A stretch of 64,000 nt of DNA from Phoronis australis (taxonomy: Eukaryota > Animalia > Phoronida), in NCBI GenBank assembly GCA_002633005.1, contig NMRA01000076.1, positions 562,277-626,276 on the forward strand. The letters are read 5' to 3'. The translations under genes and the position numbers were made by a program. The notes under the pieces were generated by a model, which did not search any database, was not told where the DNA came from, and saw only the letters and a program-made list of their open reading frames with translations. Positions within the stretch are counted from its first letter, which is position 1. Every line of letters begins with the position of its first letter. Shown piece after piece: positions 29,001-41,358 of the stretch.

Positions 29001-32000
29001 CATACTACACAGTATGACAATAAACATTCAAACACGTCGTAATGTTAATTCAACTCGATCAATCCTCTACGGCATAATCACACCAAAATTCTGGTCTCAA
29101 TCTCCGGGTACAATATATTTGTCAACACGACCTCCTACAGCAAGCCGTTGAGTGTCAGTCATACATGATTAAGTGTCAGAGCAGGAAGATGCCAATGGAG
29201 TGCTATCGCAGCCTACAAGAAATCAGTGTCTCAATGGAGCACTAAGTAAACACAAGCTCAGAAAATTGTCCTTGACTGCAGATGTTAGAATCTACTGCAT
29301 ACCAAGTAAATGATCCTTGAGAGAAGATAACTGGATTACAGTCTAGGCTGAAAGACGTTTTTCAATATTTTATTCATTAGTGAGCCTATTCCTATCAGGT
29401 CTAGTGATCAATAAAACACTCGACTGACTGACTTACTTGTACATCCATTCTTGGTTACCACGGTTACTGTGACACATCGTACTGAACCTTGACACAAAAA
29501 AGTCGTAGCGCCTGTGATAGGATGGTGTGTCTTCTTCGATATTGGAGAACTTTACAAACTGCAAGAGGGTGAGATGGAAAATAAATTTTATTTGTTTGTT
29601 CAGTATGAATAATATCTTTGCATTCCGGTGTTTCTGTGATAAGAAAAGCAAGGATTCAATTATGTTCAGTAATGGCAAGGAAAATTGGAAGTAAGGTTCA
29701 CGTTCAATTCAACGTTTCGACGAAATTGAACATGAACTTTTTTATTTGTGCGACGATCGTCCGGTTTTTGATCTTATTGTGGCCAAAAACTGATTTAATT
29801 AGATCAAAGTCAAAATTGAGAACTTACATGACATTTAAGGATAATTTTACAACAGGAATATACATATATTCTCGTTTTCCCCGAGTAAGAACTGAGGTCT
29901 TTGTTTTGTCAGTTTTGGTATATTTCCATTGGAAATAGAGGTTGGGTTGTACACAGCCAAAAAATAGGCTATACTGCTTATGTGGTCTCAATGCTGTAGA
30001 AGATGTACATCATTTTGTATCTCACTGTACTCTATATCATGACTTGCGTAGAAAACTATAAAATGAGGCCAGCAACTCGCATTCCACGTTTCTCAATTTT
30101 TGGATGTATATAAGCTTATATTTTTAATGATCAAGTCGTTCAGGGAGCTTTCCGTTTTTGTTCATGAAGATTTTTTAAATGCAAGATGTGTTTATCTACT
30201 ACTATGCAATCAGTGACTTATATGTCCATTGGGCTGCGTGTTTTTAAATTCTGAATTGAAAGTTTAAATTTAAAAACAAAGTCACTTTAATCAATACTAT
30301 TACACTAAAGAATATGAAATTAATGAGCAGTAGGGTTAAGCAATCTAGCTTCAGAAAAAAAATTCAGTCCACGGGAATTCTTCTAACATTTAGCACACGT
30401 TAGCTAATCTATATTTTGTCACTATTTTCTCACGAAAAAGATTAAGAAAATTTGGTTTATTATTGGATAGGTTTGTACTCAATAGGTACTGTAAACTGGT
30501 AAAATATCGTTATTTGCAGCAATATAATTATACGCTGAAAATGGAAAAATTATGATTCTGACAAATATTTTTATGAGAAGTAAGCGAAGAATTGACGTTC
30601 TTCATATTTCCCCAGTACTGACTAATATGGCTCAGGCACTGCATTATACTCAGTGCCAAGGGTCTGGATACAAATGGGGAAATTTTTCGACAACTTTTCA
30701 CCTACTTAGCTCCTAATATGAATGTCGGGAGGAATAATTTTATATCGTCTAATTTTTACTGTAAAGTAAGAAATAAGAAAAGTTTACTCGTATGATTTGA
30801 ACTACTGCCACAAAACAAAATATGGTAAAATTTTAATAGTTTGAACAAGGCAGCCAGCCATTGGAAAAAATTATGACAATTTTGGAATGATTTTCGAGAA
30901 TTAACTGAAAACTACTGACTATCTTGATGAAAATAGAGAGCCCACTAACGAAAACTAGTAATAACAATTAAGTACAGAGATGGAGCGGTACCGATTTATT
31001 GTATAACTATCAAAGGCAAAAGCACTGTTATCCTTACGTTTATTCAAACATGAGGTTCCACCATGTTTGGAATTCCTGTGACATAATTGAAAAGACTGTT
31101 TTGTATACTTAACAACGCAAATGACTGAAATAGCGATGCATAGCCGCACTCAATTATCATTCCTTTGCTTTTAAAATGTTGGTGACCTGGGCCCGGTTGC
31201 ATAAAACTTGTTATCAGCCATATAAGGTCTTATCCGCTGGACAGTTATACAGACTTTCATGCAGCCCGGCGCTGCACAGTAATTGAAAATATTATGTAGC
31301 TATTGCTACTGTGGTCTTGCAGGCAAAAAGAATAAAAAGCTACAAGCAATTTGTATTTTGGTTAGATTTTCTGCTGACCAGGAAAAACCTGGGTAGTGTC
31401 GTGAATTGCACACTGATCGTTGCCATTTTATAATTGTCATATACGCAAGTTCCTGCTCCAGTCCATGCTCATTACACGTCACAAAATATTTAGACAACAA
31501 GACGGGCATCAAGTTTTGAATTTACCACAATAATGAAAAAATAATTGCAGGCAGTCTGGTACACGTTGCAACAGATATGCACAAGTCGCTCAGGTGGACT
31601 CATTGCACTGATCACCTGGAACCATTTTTGTGGTTTATTAATAAATATATAATTAAAACTGAGCCGAGGAGCTCTAAACCTGCCCCAAGGGTCTAGCCAT
31701 GTGACCCAGTGGAACCCATGACATCAATTAAAGGAAGTGTATACTTATCACACTAAGCCCACATTAGTGAAAGGAACAGAATGACTTTTAACTTCAAGTT
31801 TCAAAACAGATGCTGTAGAGATTAAATTTAAAATGAGACGGAATGCATCATTACGTTTTTGGATGCCAAAGACTGAAAGATTAATCAAGCCAATTAAAAT
31901 CAAACTCACAGTAATTCCTACTACCATAGGATATATCCTTTCCAACAAGAACATCGAAACCATTATCGACCCGAGAAAACGTTTCAGAGTTTAGAGGGAT

Positions 32001-35000
32001 TGGCCAGTATTTATTGTGAATTTGAAAATAGTGCACGCAGTGACTTAAGTTGTGGGCTCCTTTAACAGTTCAAGATCTGATGAGTGTGATATTGTTTTAA
32101 ACCCCAAAGTGCTTTGGTTAACAATTCAACATTGACAGCGGTGAAACACCTATTCAATTCCCTGTTAAGTCTTGCACAGGCAGAATCTGGCTTCCTTGTG
32201 ACTCAGTGCTAGCAGACATTTTCATCAGAGTAGCATGTACAATGGACCTATTGCCAGGATTTTGAGTGACGGCTTAACTTACCAATTAGAACACAGCATT
32301 CTTGACACACCTTTGTTTCCAAGCCGCCATTTTACCCGACAAACAACACGTTACCGGGTAAAAGTTATTGTTTGTTTGTTGACACTTTGCAAGGGGGCGG
32401 AGCTTGCAATACGTCAATTAATAAGAGCAGGTCATTACATATTTTTGTTTGACTTATGGCGTATATTGTACATGCTGCATTATGAATTATTGGTACTATA
32501 GACTAACGAGAGGCCTATATAAATGTAATGCATGCACTTAAGAGTTCAAGCAAATCATAAATCTCAACTGTTTTGTGAAACCATGAATGAGAATCAACCA
32601 TAAAAAATGTTGCATTCAAAGTAAAACAAATTGCCGTTTTTAATGGTTAACTAAAAATCTACCTTTCTTCGAACAGAGACCTTAAGCCTATAAAACTAAA
32701 TTGTAAAGAATGTGCTACAAAAGGTAATCTGTTTCACTGTCACGCACACTTTTTAAATCAGAATAACTTAACGGATAGTGTTAAGGCAAGTGACTAGGAA
32801 GACCAGTCATGTGATTACTAGAGTCTGAGCTGCAGGCTTGAAACCTCATGCCCAACTAACTAAATGCCTCCTAGTAAGCAACTTCTCTCGTTTTTACTAC
32901 CATCATAGGAGAAAACGACAAGCAATTTTAACCAAGTGTTAGGACAGTACTTGCGAGTTACAAACGTAACCCGTGGAAGGTTACTTACCGAAGTCGTGGC
33001 CAGAACCTGAAGTTCTGGGTCATCGCACTCCAGCAACTTCTGTATCATCTTCAGGTAACTCTCCACAAACAGGTTCAACTGCTGCGCGTGACATGCGACT
33101 AGAAGAACGTCCATTGCTTCCATTGCAATCCGTACAAATCTAAAAGAGGAAAGTTTTGTTTAGTAAATTTACAAACAGTTTTTGATCAAACGAAGAGGGT
33201 GATAATATGCCAGTCACTTTTACACCAGCCCTCGCCTCCACAGCAAAGTGTTTGATCTACGAGAGGAAAGTTTGACTTTAACAACTGCACAGTATTTGAT
33301 CACACAGTAGACCATGTTAAATGTGTCAGACCTATGACACATTTTTATAGAAATCGCCAGAATATCATAAGTAATATTAAGTCATACGAACTTTGAAATT
33401 TTTTGTAATATAATATAAAAATGAAAACTAATGAATATTGCAGCAATTTAGGTCTAAAACTATTGCAAAAATGATGTATCTTGATTTGAAAACAGATCAA
33501 GTTAATTTCTGTAATACTATTAATAAAAAGAATTGAAAATAAGTATGCCAACAACCTCCATTTCAAACAATAATCAAAACAATGCCGTCTGCTTCATGAA
33601 TAGCAGCAACAATGCGTGTGAAAATAATTAACATCAACACAACAGCCAACCATTGCGCAGAAGACATTTCCCACAACCAAGCCTCAAATGGCTAAACCGA
33701 TCAGCGCCATCTTGTGGCTTGGGGATGAGGCTACAATTACTAAGAAAATATCGGTGTTCCGTGACAGACTTCGCCAGTGGTGTCGAGTTTTACCACCAGG
33801 TGGCATGGAAAACAATAAGTTGCATACTAGACAGGGAGCGATTGAATATATATGAGGGAGCTCCCCACCTAATTCAGTATACAATGTATTGTTTTTTCCA
33901 CGCCACCTGGTGAGAAAACTCAACATCATTTCAGGAATATGTCATCCACAAGACATCGATATAATACCAGGTAATAGCGGATTTGCAGCGACGCCATATT
34001 GAAATTAGTTAAAATGGTGCATTGTGGGTGCTGTGGTCAGGATTCCGAAAGCGGCCATAGTATCAAGCATAATACGCGGTATGAGCGCGAAGAAAACTTA
34101 CGGCGGATACACTTGTGTTCCTGGCTGCTTCAAAAACAACAAGAGAGATAAAAATCTGAGTTTGTATGTGTTCCCTGCAAACCAAGAACTTTGTGAAAAA
34201 TGGATAAACAACATTAGGAGACCTGGGAGTAAGGGGAAATTTAGCGCATTCAAACGAACGCGGGGCCATCTAGTAGGCAACACGTAGCCCCTCGGTTGGC
34301 CATGTAGGGGCTACAATACTTCCATTCGCTTTCTGTACTCATTTCGTTACTCCAGTGTATTTTAAACGGGCCGTNAATCAAGCCAATCACAGTAATTCCT
34401 ACTACCATAGGATATATCCTTTCTAACAAGAACATCGAAACCATTATCGACCCGAGAAAACGTTTCAGAGTTTAGAGGGATTGGCCAGTATTTATAGTGA
34501 ATTTGAAAATGGTGCACGCAGTGACTTAAGTTGCGGGCTCCTTTAACAGTTCAGGATCTGATGAGTGTGGTAATGTGTTAAACTCCAAAGTGCTTTGGTT
34601 AACAATTCAACATTGACAGCGGTGAAATACCTATTTAATTCCCTGTTAAGTTCTGCGCAGGCAGAATCTGGCTTCCTTGTGACTCAGTGCTAGCAGACAT
34701 TATCATCGGAGTAGCATGTACAATGGACCTATTGCCTTAACTTACCAATTAGAACACAGCATTCTTGACACACCTTTGTTTCCAAGCCGCCATTTTACCC
34801 GACAAACAACATGTTGCTGGGTAAAACTTATTGTTTGTTTGTCAACACTTCGCAAGGGGGCGGAGCTTGCAATAGGTCAAGTAGTAAGAGCAGGTCGTTG
34901 CATATTTTTGTTTGACTTATGGCGTATATTGTACATGCTGCATTATGAATTATTGGAATTATAGACTAACGACAGACCTATATAAATGTAAAGCATGCAC

Positions 35001-38000
35001 TTAAGAGTTCAAGCAAATCATAAATCTCAACTGTTTTGTGAAACCATGAATGAGAATCAACCATAAAAAATGTTCAAAGTAAAACAAATTGCAGTTTTTA
35101 ATGGTTAACTAAAAATCCACCTTTCTTCGAACAGAGACATTAAGCCTATAAAACTTGTAAAGAACGTGCTACAAAAGGTAATCTATTTCACTGTCACGCA
35201 CACTTTTTAAATCAGAATAACTTAACAGATAGTGTTAAGGCAAGTGACTAGGAAGAACAGTCATGTGATTATTAGAGTCTGAGCTGCAGGCTTGAAACCT
35301 CATGCCCAACTAACTAAATGTCTCCTAGTAAGCAACTTCCCTCGTTTTCACCACCATCATAGGAGAAAACGACGAACACTTTTAACCAGTGTTAGGACAG
35401 TACTCGCGAGTTACAAACACAACCCTTGGAAGGTTACTTACCGAAGTCGTGGCCAGAACCTGAAGTTCTGGGTCGTCGCACTCCAGCAACTTCTGTATCA
35501 TCTTCAGGTAACTCTCCACAAACAGGTTCAACTGTTGTGCGTGACATGCGACTAGGAGAACGTCCATTGCTTCCATTGCAATCCGTACGAATCTAAAAGA
35601 GGAAAGTTTTGTTTCGTGAATTTCCAAACAGTTTTTGATCAAATGAAGAGGGTGATAATATGCCAGTCACTTTTACACCAGCCCTCGCCTCCACAGCAAA
35701 GTGTTTGATCTACGAGAGGAAAGTTTGACTTTAACAACTGCACAGTATTTGATCACACAGTAGACCATGTTAAATGTGTCAGAATTATGACACACTTTTA
35801 CAGAAATCGCCAGAATATCATAAGTAATATAAAGTCATACGAACTTTGAAATTTTTTGTAGTATAATATAAAAATGAAAACTAATGAATATTGCAGCAAT
35901 TTAGGTCTAAAACTATTGCAAAAATGATGTATTTTGATTTGAAAACAGATTAATTTCTATAATACTATTAATAAAAAGAATTGAAAATAAGTATGCCAAC
36001 AACATTTATTTCAAACAATAACCAACACAATGCCATCTGCTTCATGAATAGCAGCAACAATGCCTGTGAAAATAATTAACATCAACACAGCAGCCAACCA
36101 TTGCACAGAAGATATTTCCCACAACCAAGCCTCAAATGGCTAAACCGATCAGTGCCATCTTGTGGCTTGGGGACGAGGCTACAATTACTAAGAAAATATC
36201 GGTGTTCCGTGACAGACTTCCCCAGTGGTGTCGAGTTTTACCACCAGGTGGCATGGAAAACAATAAGTTGGATACTTGACAGGGAGCGATTGAATATATA
36301 TGAGGGAGCTCCCCACCTAATTCAGTATACAATGTATTGTTTTTTCCACGCCACCTGGTGAGAAAACTCAACAGGAATATGTCATCCACAAGACATCGAT
36401 ATAATCCCAGGTAATTTAGGTCAACCATGCTTCAATATACATTCTGCCTTCCTAATGATGTTGTTTCCTGAACTACACTACCAAAGTCTTTGATCAACAA
36501 CAGACCAAGTCAATCAAGACAATCATTTTCACAGTTTCTTTCAACAATAAAAAATAATGGTTTCAAGAGGAAAGTAGACTTGCTCTCTAAACTCAAGCCA
36601 CTCACAAGACATATAGGTTACATAGGACACCAGGAAAAAGTCAAAACTTCAGAACACCATGTCTCAGAAATGGCTGATCGGATTCCTATGAACTTTCAGA
36701 TACGATGCTTTTTGCACTCTTATAAAAAATGCTATTAGAAATTGGTTTTAAAATGTTCCATCAAGAACGATTTTCATGAAAAAATTAAAAGTTGCATAAA
36801 GTGAAATAATTTAGAAAACAGCAAGTGTTTTTAAGATTTCATCACGGACATTTATACCAACTAAAATTTGTTCATGTTCTTGATACTGTTGTTTTACTAT
36901 CAATGCTCACATACCTTCTTCTTTTTCTGCTAAATTTTACCAAAAAACCCAATTGATGGCAGGATGGTAAAAGTCAAAGCTCAAATTCTACAACTTTTTA
37001 CTTTCAGAAAATGTAAACTTTCACTGAATTAAAATCCATAGTTTTGTAGATATTTCGTTAAATATGCAGACAAGGTCCAACATAACCTTACACTTGATAA
37101 CCTTGTACCTTATTCTCAATGAATTACACTTAAGTAATGTTAGCAATGTTTACGCACCGTTTATAAACCTTGTTGCTTCCGATTTCCATATCTGTACATA
37201 TTTTTTTTGTTCCTAATATGTTCGTAATAGCATATCTAAATATTTGAATACTTACATTAGATACCACTTACATGTATACAGTTCTATGTATGCTACTTTC
37301 ACCTATATACTGTCTACAATACAGATATAATGCTTCGTGATTTCTGGGTTTGTCATTATTTTCCTTGAACATTCTGAGTATTCTTCAAAAAATACACCAC
37401 CTTGAAAAAATCTTGTACTTCACACATTTTTTAAAGAAACCTACCCCTTTTTATGCCGCTGTACATCCCTGGATAACCTCTGTCCAAGGTAATCCCCAAT
37501 ACGATCCAATTTTTCAGGTGCAGATAGCGAGTAATAGGTCAACTTCTCCATATTTGACCTCACTAGACCATCCTAAAACAAAAAAGGAAGTGATATACCA
37601 GCAAAATGATTAATACTTTGCAGAGCAATCCAGATTGACAAAACCATTACATGCCAACCCAGTAAAATTGGCCGGTTTCGTTTCGTGTCAATCTACCATG
37701 CTCGTCCCGGTTAAAGCCCACATTCGAGAATTACATTTTTGACGGACGTACAATCACACAATATTTTGATCAATTGTGACTTTTTTCATCCTTGGAAAAT
37801 AAGTAATACATCAATTGTTAGGTGTCATGGGTACCTTTCAATGCATGTATCAACTTTCATCTTATCACTTGCTTGACTGTGAAAATTCCCTTTAAAAGGG
37901 GTGTGATGGAAGTAGGCGGTGAATTTGAATTGTTGAATTTTGTTAACTTCAATTTTTTGTGTATTGCATGAAGTTAAAATTATTTGTTTTATGATTTAGT

Positions 38001-38447
38001 AGAATTTTTGTGCAACACAGTAATTTTTTATAGCGTAGTTTTCATGTGATTGCACAAATTTGATATAGTGGGATTCACACAATTTGCTTGCTTTATACTA
38101 ATTTCCAAGACTTAGTGGCACATGTAAAAATCAAGAGTAATTTTTTAGGGACAAGTGAGGCCCAAAATTGAGTCAGTTTACAAAAAATTGAAAATTATAG
38201 GAAATTCAAATACAAGCCCAGAAACTAGAGAGACTAGGCCTTCAGGTGAGGTCACAATTTATTATTTTTGTCTCTGGCTTGACATTTTCATGGAATTATA
38301 TGAATCGCACGTGAATAATTTTATGTAGGGAGCCCCGGATAAACACACGTGAATTCAATACACAAATTAAGTAACTTACCTCTGGGTGGTCTGGAAAAAT
38401 ATTGTCGACCAGCCTCTTCCATCTTGGCTTCAAGGAGCCACAACAAC
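13960..38447 (-). CDS. EFR3: EFR3 homolog (plasma-membrane PI4KIIIalpha scaffold; rolling blackout/cmp44E family), spliced CDS span of exons 2-21
   Basis: Exons join in frame via GT-AG introns; N-terminal Cys cluster CCGSLKPRWKRLVDNIFP, FVKFSNIEEDTPSYHRRYDFFVSRFS and C-terminal QFPDLFVY* all match EFR3A/B. Confidence 0.95.
14130..14557. mobile_element. ~430-bp MITE, Harbinger-like
   Basis: ~45-bp TIRs (ATTGCATGAAACAGTCCCA.ATAGGGACTCAACTAA), CAG on both flanks; second copy at 18828-19246. Confidence 0.8.
14734..14843 (-). CDS. EFR3: EFR3 exon 20 (DNSEETKRAKEEKRMEILDSFKNAPFENLMAKSEAK)
   Basis: Homology; AG/GT. Confidence 0.9.
15275..15323 (-). CDS. EFR3: EFR3 exon 19 (KKTEEDITFESLKRML)
   Basis: Matches human EEITFEALKKAI; AG/GT. 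Confidence 0.88.
16364..16458 (-). CDS. EFR3: EFR3 exon 18 (DFTSDATHSIYSDINSIQLELDSAESSPGLSR)
   Basis: Phase-compatible; homology. Confidence 0.85.
17431..17555 (-). CDS. EFR3: EFR3 exon 17 (YPEIAVPAETLLFDSTVVSEALGASGWDTSRLTAFINQKPG)
   Basis: Manual translation; phase-compatible; homology. Confidence 0.85.
18828..19246. mobile_element. Second copy of the ~430-bp MITE, opposite orientation
   Basis: Same TIRs; interior is the reverse complement of 14130-14557. Confidence 0.8.
19274..19350 (-). CDS. EFR3: EFR3 exon 16 (ILELRETEAPHLLPEFAFNKSNSPD)
   Basis: Manual translation; matches human IEIRTMEAPYFLPE. Confidence 0.88.
20202..20330 (-). CDS. EFR3: EFR3 exon 15 (KTLTTQTGIAMTHQCAIHAIIAAFFNLIGHLIAVPAFSNHVSQ)
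   Basis: Homology; AG/GT. Confidence 0.9.
20732..20893 (-). CDS. EFR3: EFR3 exon 14 (HGKQFYWCIQENISQDSNHVDNFEAVYCTMALLVVEAGGEEVVADLIGMTLSIQ)
   Basis: Manual translation; homology. Confidence 0.9.
21700..22243. repeat. TACTC-rich repeat element spanning an assembly gap (N 21994-22215)
   Basis: Multiple TACTC/ATACTCGAG motifs; possible TIRs GCCCGGTCTCCAA / TTCGAGACCTGAGC. Confidence 0.45.
22296..22371 (-). CDS. EFR3: EFR3 exon 13 (LPKQLSELDLQVDKPQTPDLIFMKK)
   Basis: Manual translation; phase-compatible. Confidence 0.88.
23050..23222 (-). CDS. EFR3: EFR3 exon 12 (VATKYKTTQLGSAFPSALLEPLL...LIDRHGNTEKLNSV)
   Basis: Homology; AG/GT. Confidence 0.92.
23594..23742 (-). CDS. EFR3: EFR3 exon 11 (GEFAKNLPDYQKIEIMMFVLSKIP...LQTMLLKTMLK)
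   Basis: Manual translation; homology. Confidence 0.92.
24412..24540 (-). CDS. EFR3: EFR3 exon 10 (GPSVLEVFNSLLRHLRVSVETKTDVAAMLEDERRFQEAIINTI)
   Basis: Manual translation; homology. Confidence 0.92.
24660..25150. repeat. Degenerate ~95-110-bp tandem array homologous to the 3' part of EFR3 exon 9
   Basis: Recurring GACAACA(C)GTCAGTGATGC...CCAC/TTACCATGGTG units near 24682, 24802, 24908, 25002, plus the exon copy at 25100. Confidence 0.8.
25066..25201 (-). CDS. EFR3: EFR3 exon 9 (AQYGYQVVQMLMNHLNGHSNSGARLKASITDVLSQTVIIAAGGSI)
   Basis: Homology; AG/GT. Confidence 0.92.
26631..26709 (-). CDS. EFR3: EFR3 exon 8 (HLDNHQLWNPNDFAVKVFKIIMYSVQ)
   Basis: Manual translation; homology. Confidence 0.92.
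27936..28058 (-). CDS. EFR3: EFR3 exon 7 (KDSETPKDDDHPSVVSENVFRDLVCRATFGSLPSALKPVL)
   Basis: Manual translation; phase-compatible; homology. Confidence 0.9.
28250..28615. repeat. CAC/CAT-rich low-complexity microsatellite in EFR3 intron 6, with N-gap 28513-28577
   Basis: Degenerate (CAC)n/(CAT)n. Confidence 0.85.
28626..28766 (-). CDS. EFR3: EFR3 exon 6 (IRVAGLRGIQGVVRKTITDELQVNIWDQSHMDKIVPSLLFNMQEGF)
   Basis: Homology; AG/GT. Confidence 0.95.
29437..29558 (-). CDS. EFR3: EFR3 exon 5 (FVKFSNIEEDTPSYHRRYDFFVSRFSTMCHSNRGNQEWMY)
   Basis: Near-identical to the human EFR3 motif; AG/GT. Confidence 0.95.
32989..33139 (-). CDS. EFR3: EFR3 exon 4, copy A (identical peptide)
   Basis: 151 nt, intact AG/GT; lies in a ~2.1-kb duplicated block. 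Confidence 0.8.
33976..34374 (+). mobile_element. THAP-domain DNA transposon fragment at the duplication breakpoint
   Basis: YTCVPGC...LYVFPANQELCEKWINNIRR (THAP C-x3-C, P, W pattern); absent from the duplicate copy; ends at a single N. Confidence 0.65.
35442..35592 (-). CDS. EFR3: EFR3 exon 4, copy B (FVRIAMEAMDVLLVACHAQQLNLFVESYLKMIQKLLECDDPELQVLATTS)
   Basis: 151 nt, intact AG/GT, homology. Confidence 0.85.
37445..37572 (-). CDS. EFR3: EFR3 exon 3 (DGLVRSNMEKLTYYSLSAPEKLDRIGDYLGQRLSRDVQRHKK)
   Basis: Manual translation; AG/GT boundaries; homology. Confidence 0.92.
38380..38447 (-). CDS. EFR3: EFR3 exon 2 (CCGSLKPRWKRLVDNIFPDHPE; palmitoylation Cys cluster)
   Basis: tttag acceptor, gtaagt donor, homology to the EFR3 N-terminus. 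Confidence 0.9.
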
Positions 38448-39919
38448 CTAAAGTCAGGAGAACAAAAGTCATCGATACACTTAAATGGTGAATCTGCTCA
38501 TATCTCAAACATGAAAGCTCGAAGCCAGACCTAAAGTTTTCTACTCAAGTCTTAAAGAAAGTCATGTTATAGAATTACTCAAGACTTACTAGTAAGCAAT
38601 AAAATCAAGTGCAATATCAACTACTGCATTTGAGGTGGAGTACCGACACGTAATATTAAAAGCACATTACATAGATGCTTGCTGACTATCGAGCTACAGT
38701 CCTCGATTTTGAGAACCAGGCAATCCTTTTAATAAGTGGACAAGCCTGGTTCTTAAAATCAAAGACCACTATGGGACAGTGAAAAATTAATTATTTTGCT
38801 CAAGCTCGGAGCTTGTCCCAAATTCTCGAAATAGGCAATATCGGGTGTACCAATCACTGAAAAGGCAACAAATTACCCCCTCCGTTGACGGAAAACACAA
38901 TGACTGAAATTACAAAAACATGGTGAATGCCAAAATTGCCCTTGTCCCAAATTCCAGAATCAAGAAAATTCAAATTTTCCGTTAGTTTCCATGCCTCAAA
39001 TTCTAGAGACTGTCCTAAATTCCAGAGACTGTCCCAAATTTTTACCCTACTGCCCATTAAGATAGCTATTGATTTAGACCGCTGACCAGTCTCTACTTGC
39101 ATTATAGGGATTTCTAGACTTGTGAAGAACTGGCAGAATGTTAGTGCTAAAGATCAGACTACAGCTCCCTCTATGACTAGTGCCAACCATACAATGATTG
39201 GCATGGACCTCCCTAATCCTTTTCCTTCTCAGTCGCTGACTGCATGGAATTTAATATCTGGTATCTCCATTGATTATCTGTCACTAATGACGATGGTTTA
39301 AATTCAAGCCAAAAGATTTGTTTAATATATTTAATGGAAATATGTTAGTTAAAGCATTATTGTTGACCATTGGGTCTAAAACGCCTGTTGTACACAGGCT
39401 AAATAAGTTGGAATATGTACTTGTTTTTTAGCCCAGACATGCGTGTAGTAATGAATAAATGCAGACCAGTTTTATAGTAGTACCAGTCAGTCACCTACAT
39501 CAACTAACAGTTTTCTCAACAGAGGGAGTGGTATAGCAAAGACTTCGATGCACTTAACAAATGACTGCTGAGTAGTGACAGTGTTGCGGCATGGTGACAC
39601 CCTGTGGCTGAATTAAATCCGACAATGTCATTCATTGCATTTGCTCAAGTAAAGATTGCAGCAACAAGATACATTGGGAAATTCATTGTTGGAACAGGTA
39701 AATGATGGGTCTCAGCCTTGAGAACCCATTGCGCCTCATGTCAAGACTGTTCAAATTCAAACTCTGTTTAAATTTACTGGCTGTGCATAAAGTGGAATGC
39801 CATAAACCATTCAGTCACACTATTCAACATCTCAATCTCCGAATCATTATTTACATTCAGCCTTCTAAACTCATCTACATCAAGTGACCACAGTCTCCAA
39901 ACCAAAACCCAACAAATGG

Positions 39920-41358
39920 AAATCCAAGTCTTTCAAATCTATTACGACTACTTGTTGTAAACTGTCCTTCAATCATAAATAAATCAGACCAATTGAGTGT
40001 ACTCATCGAGTCCCCAAACCTCGACCTTATCTTTGGCACAGAATCCTGGATAAAGCTTGAAATTAAATCTTGTGAAATCTTCCCAGAACACTTCACTTAT
40101 CACAGAGATAGAGTTGGAAAAACCTGGTGGTGGCGTTTTTTTTTAAAGAACAAATATGTAAGCTCACTTGAAAACACTCTACTCACTGAAGGTGAAATAC
40201 TAGGGTAGCTAAAGCTTAGAGTTCACAGTTCCTAGGGCATGTACATTGCTGCATACTACCGCACCTGTCCTTCAGGAAATCTTTACCAAATTCCATCAAT
40301 CATCTACAGTTCCGTCAGAACGGCAAACTGCAAATCTAGCAAAAGAGACGATAAAACCTTGGCTTCAAATTACCGCCCAATATCACTCAAATGCTTATGC
40401 TCCAAACTTATGAAGTACATAGTTGTCAGTAACATTATGCCTCATCTTGACACAAAAAATATACTTCACACCAGGCAGCACGGTTTTTGTAGCCATAGAT
40501 CATGTGAAACACAACTTGTCACATTCGTAGACGACCTACTCCAACCAAACTATGGAGGCAGGCACTCAAACCGACTTCTCCAAAGCCTTTGATATCTCAT
40601 CCAAGACCCTCGGAGAAGATCAGATACTACGGTGCAACAGGTCTCGCCCACAATTGGATCCAGTCCTTTCAATCTCATGGAACACAAAGAGTCGTCATCG
40701 ATGACGAGTTCTCAAATTCCACCCCCAGTTCAATCAGGGGTGCCCCAGGGCTCTGTCCTTGGTCCTGAACTCTTCATACTCTATATCAACGACCCTCCTG
40801 ACTCCATTATTTCAAATGTCTGTCTCTTTGCCGATGATGCAGTCCTCCATAGAGCTATTGCTTCCCCACATGATTGCAAAATACTTCAGCAAAACTCTCT
40901 AGCCTCCTGGGAAAAATCCTGTTAAATGGACCACTTCAAAATGCATATTCTACGTGTCCACAGAAAACGTTCCCTCACAATATACAATTACATCACTCAA
41001 ATGCATGAACCAAGCCCCATACCTTGGGGTCACTCTTACCAATAATTTGTCATGGAACTCTCACATAGACATAATCACCTGTGCTTTATTAAGCACGACC
41101 TCGAATATACTCCTTGTGAAACAAAAACCCTGGCCTACAGGTCACTAATGAGGTCCAAACTTTGATATTCCTCCTCTGTCTGGGATCCCTCCACTCACTC
41201 CAATATTGACAAGATAGAAAGAATAAAGCGTAGAGCAGCCAGGTTTGTCCTAAATGTCCATTCCAGATACACCTCTGTTTCATCTGTGCTTGCTTCTCTC
41301 AAAATGACCCACTCTTCAAGAAAGACATGCTCAAAATTGTTGTATTACTGCATGTTCA
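39920..41358 (+). mobile_element. Decayed CR1/L2-type LINE ORF2 (APE endonuclease + RT remnants)
   Basis: LLVVNC..LIFGTESW (APE), NYRPISL, QHGF..RSCETQL, SGVPQGSVLGP, LFADD, YLGVTL..NLSWNSHID; frameshifts and deletions. Confidence 0.88.

Larger units (their letters stand above)
31883..36415. repeat. ~2.1-kb direct duplication (31883-33975 vs 34376-36415) containing EFR3 exon 4
   Basis: Colinear high-identity blocks with scattered SNPs and small indels, separated by 400 bp of THAP sequence and one N. Confidence 0.95.
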
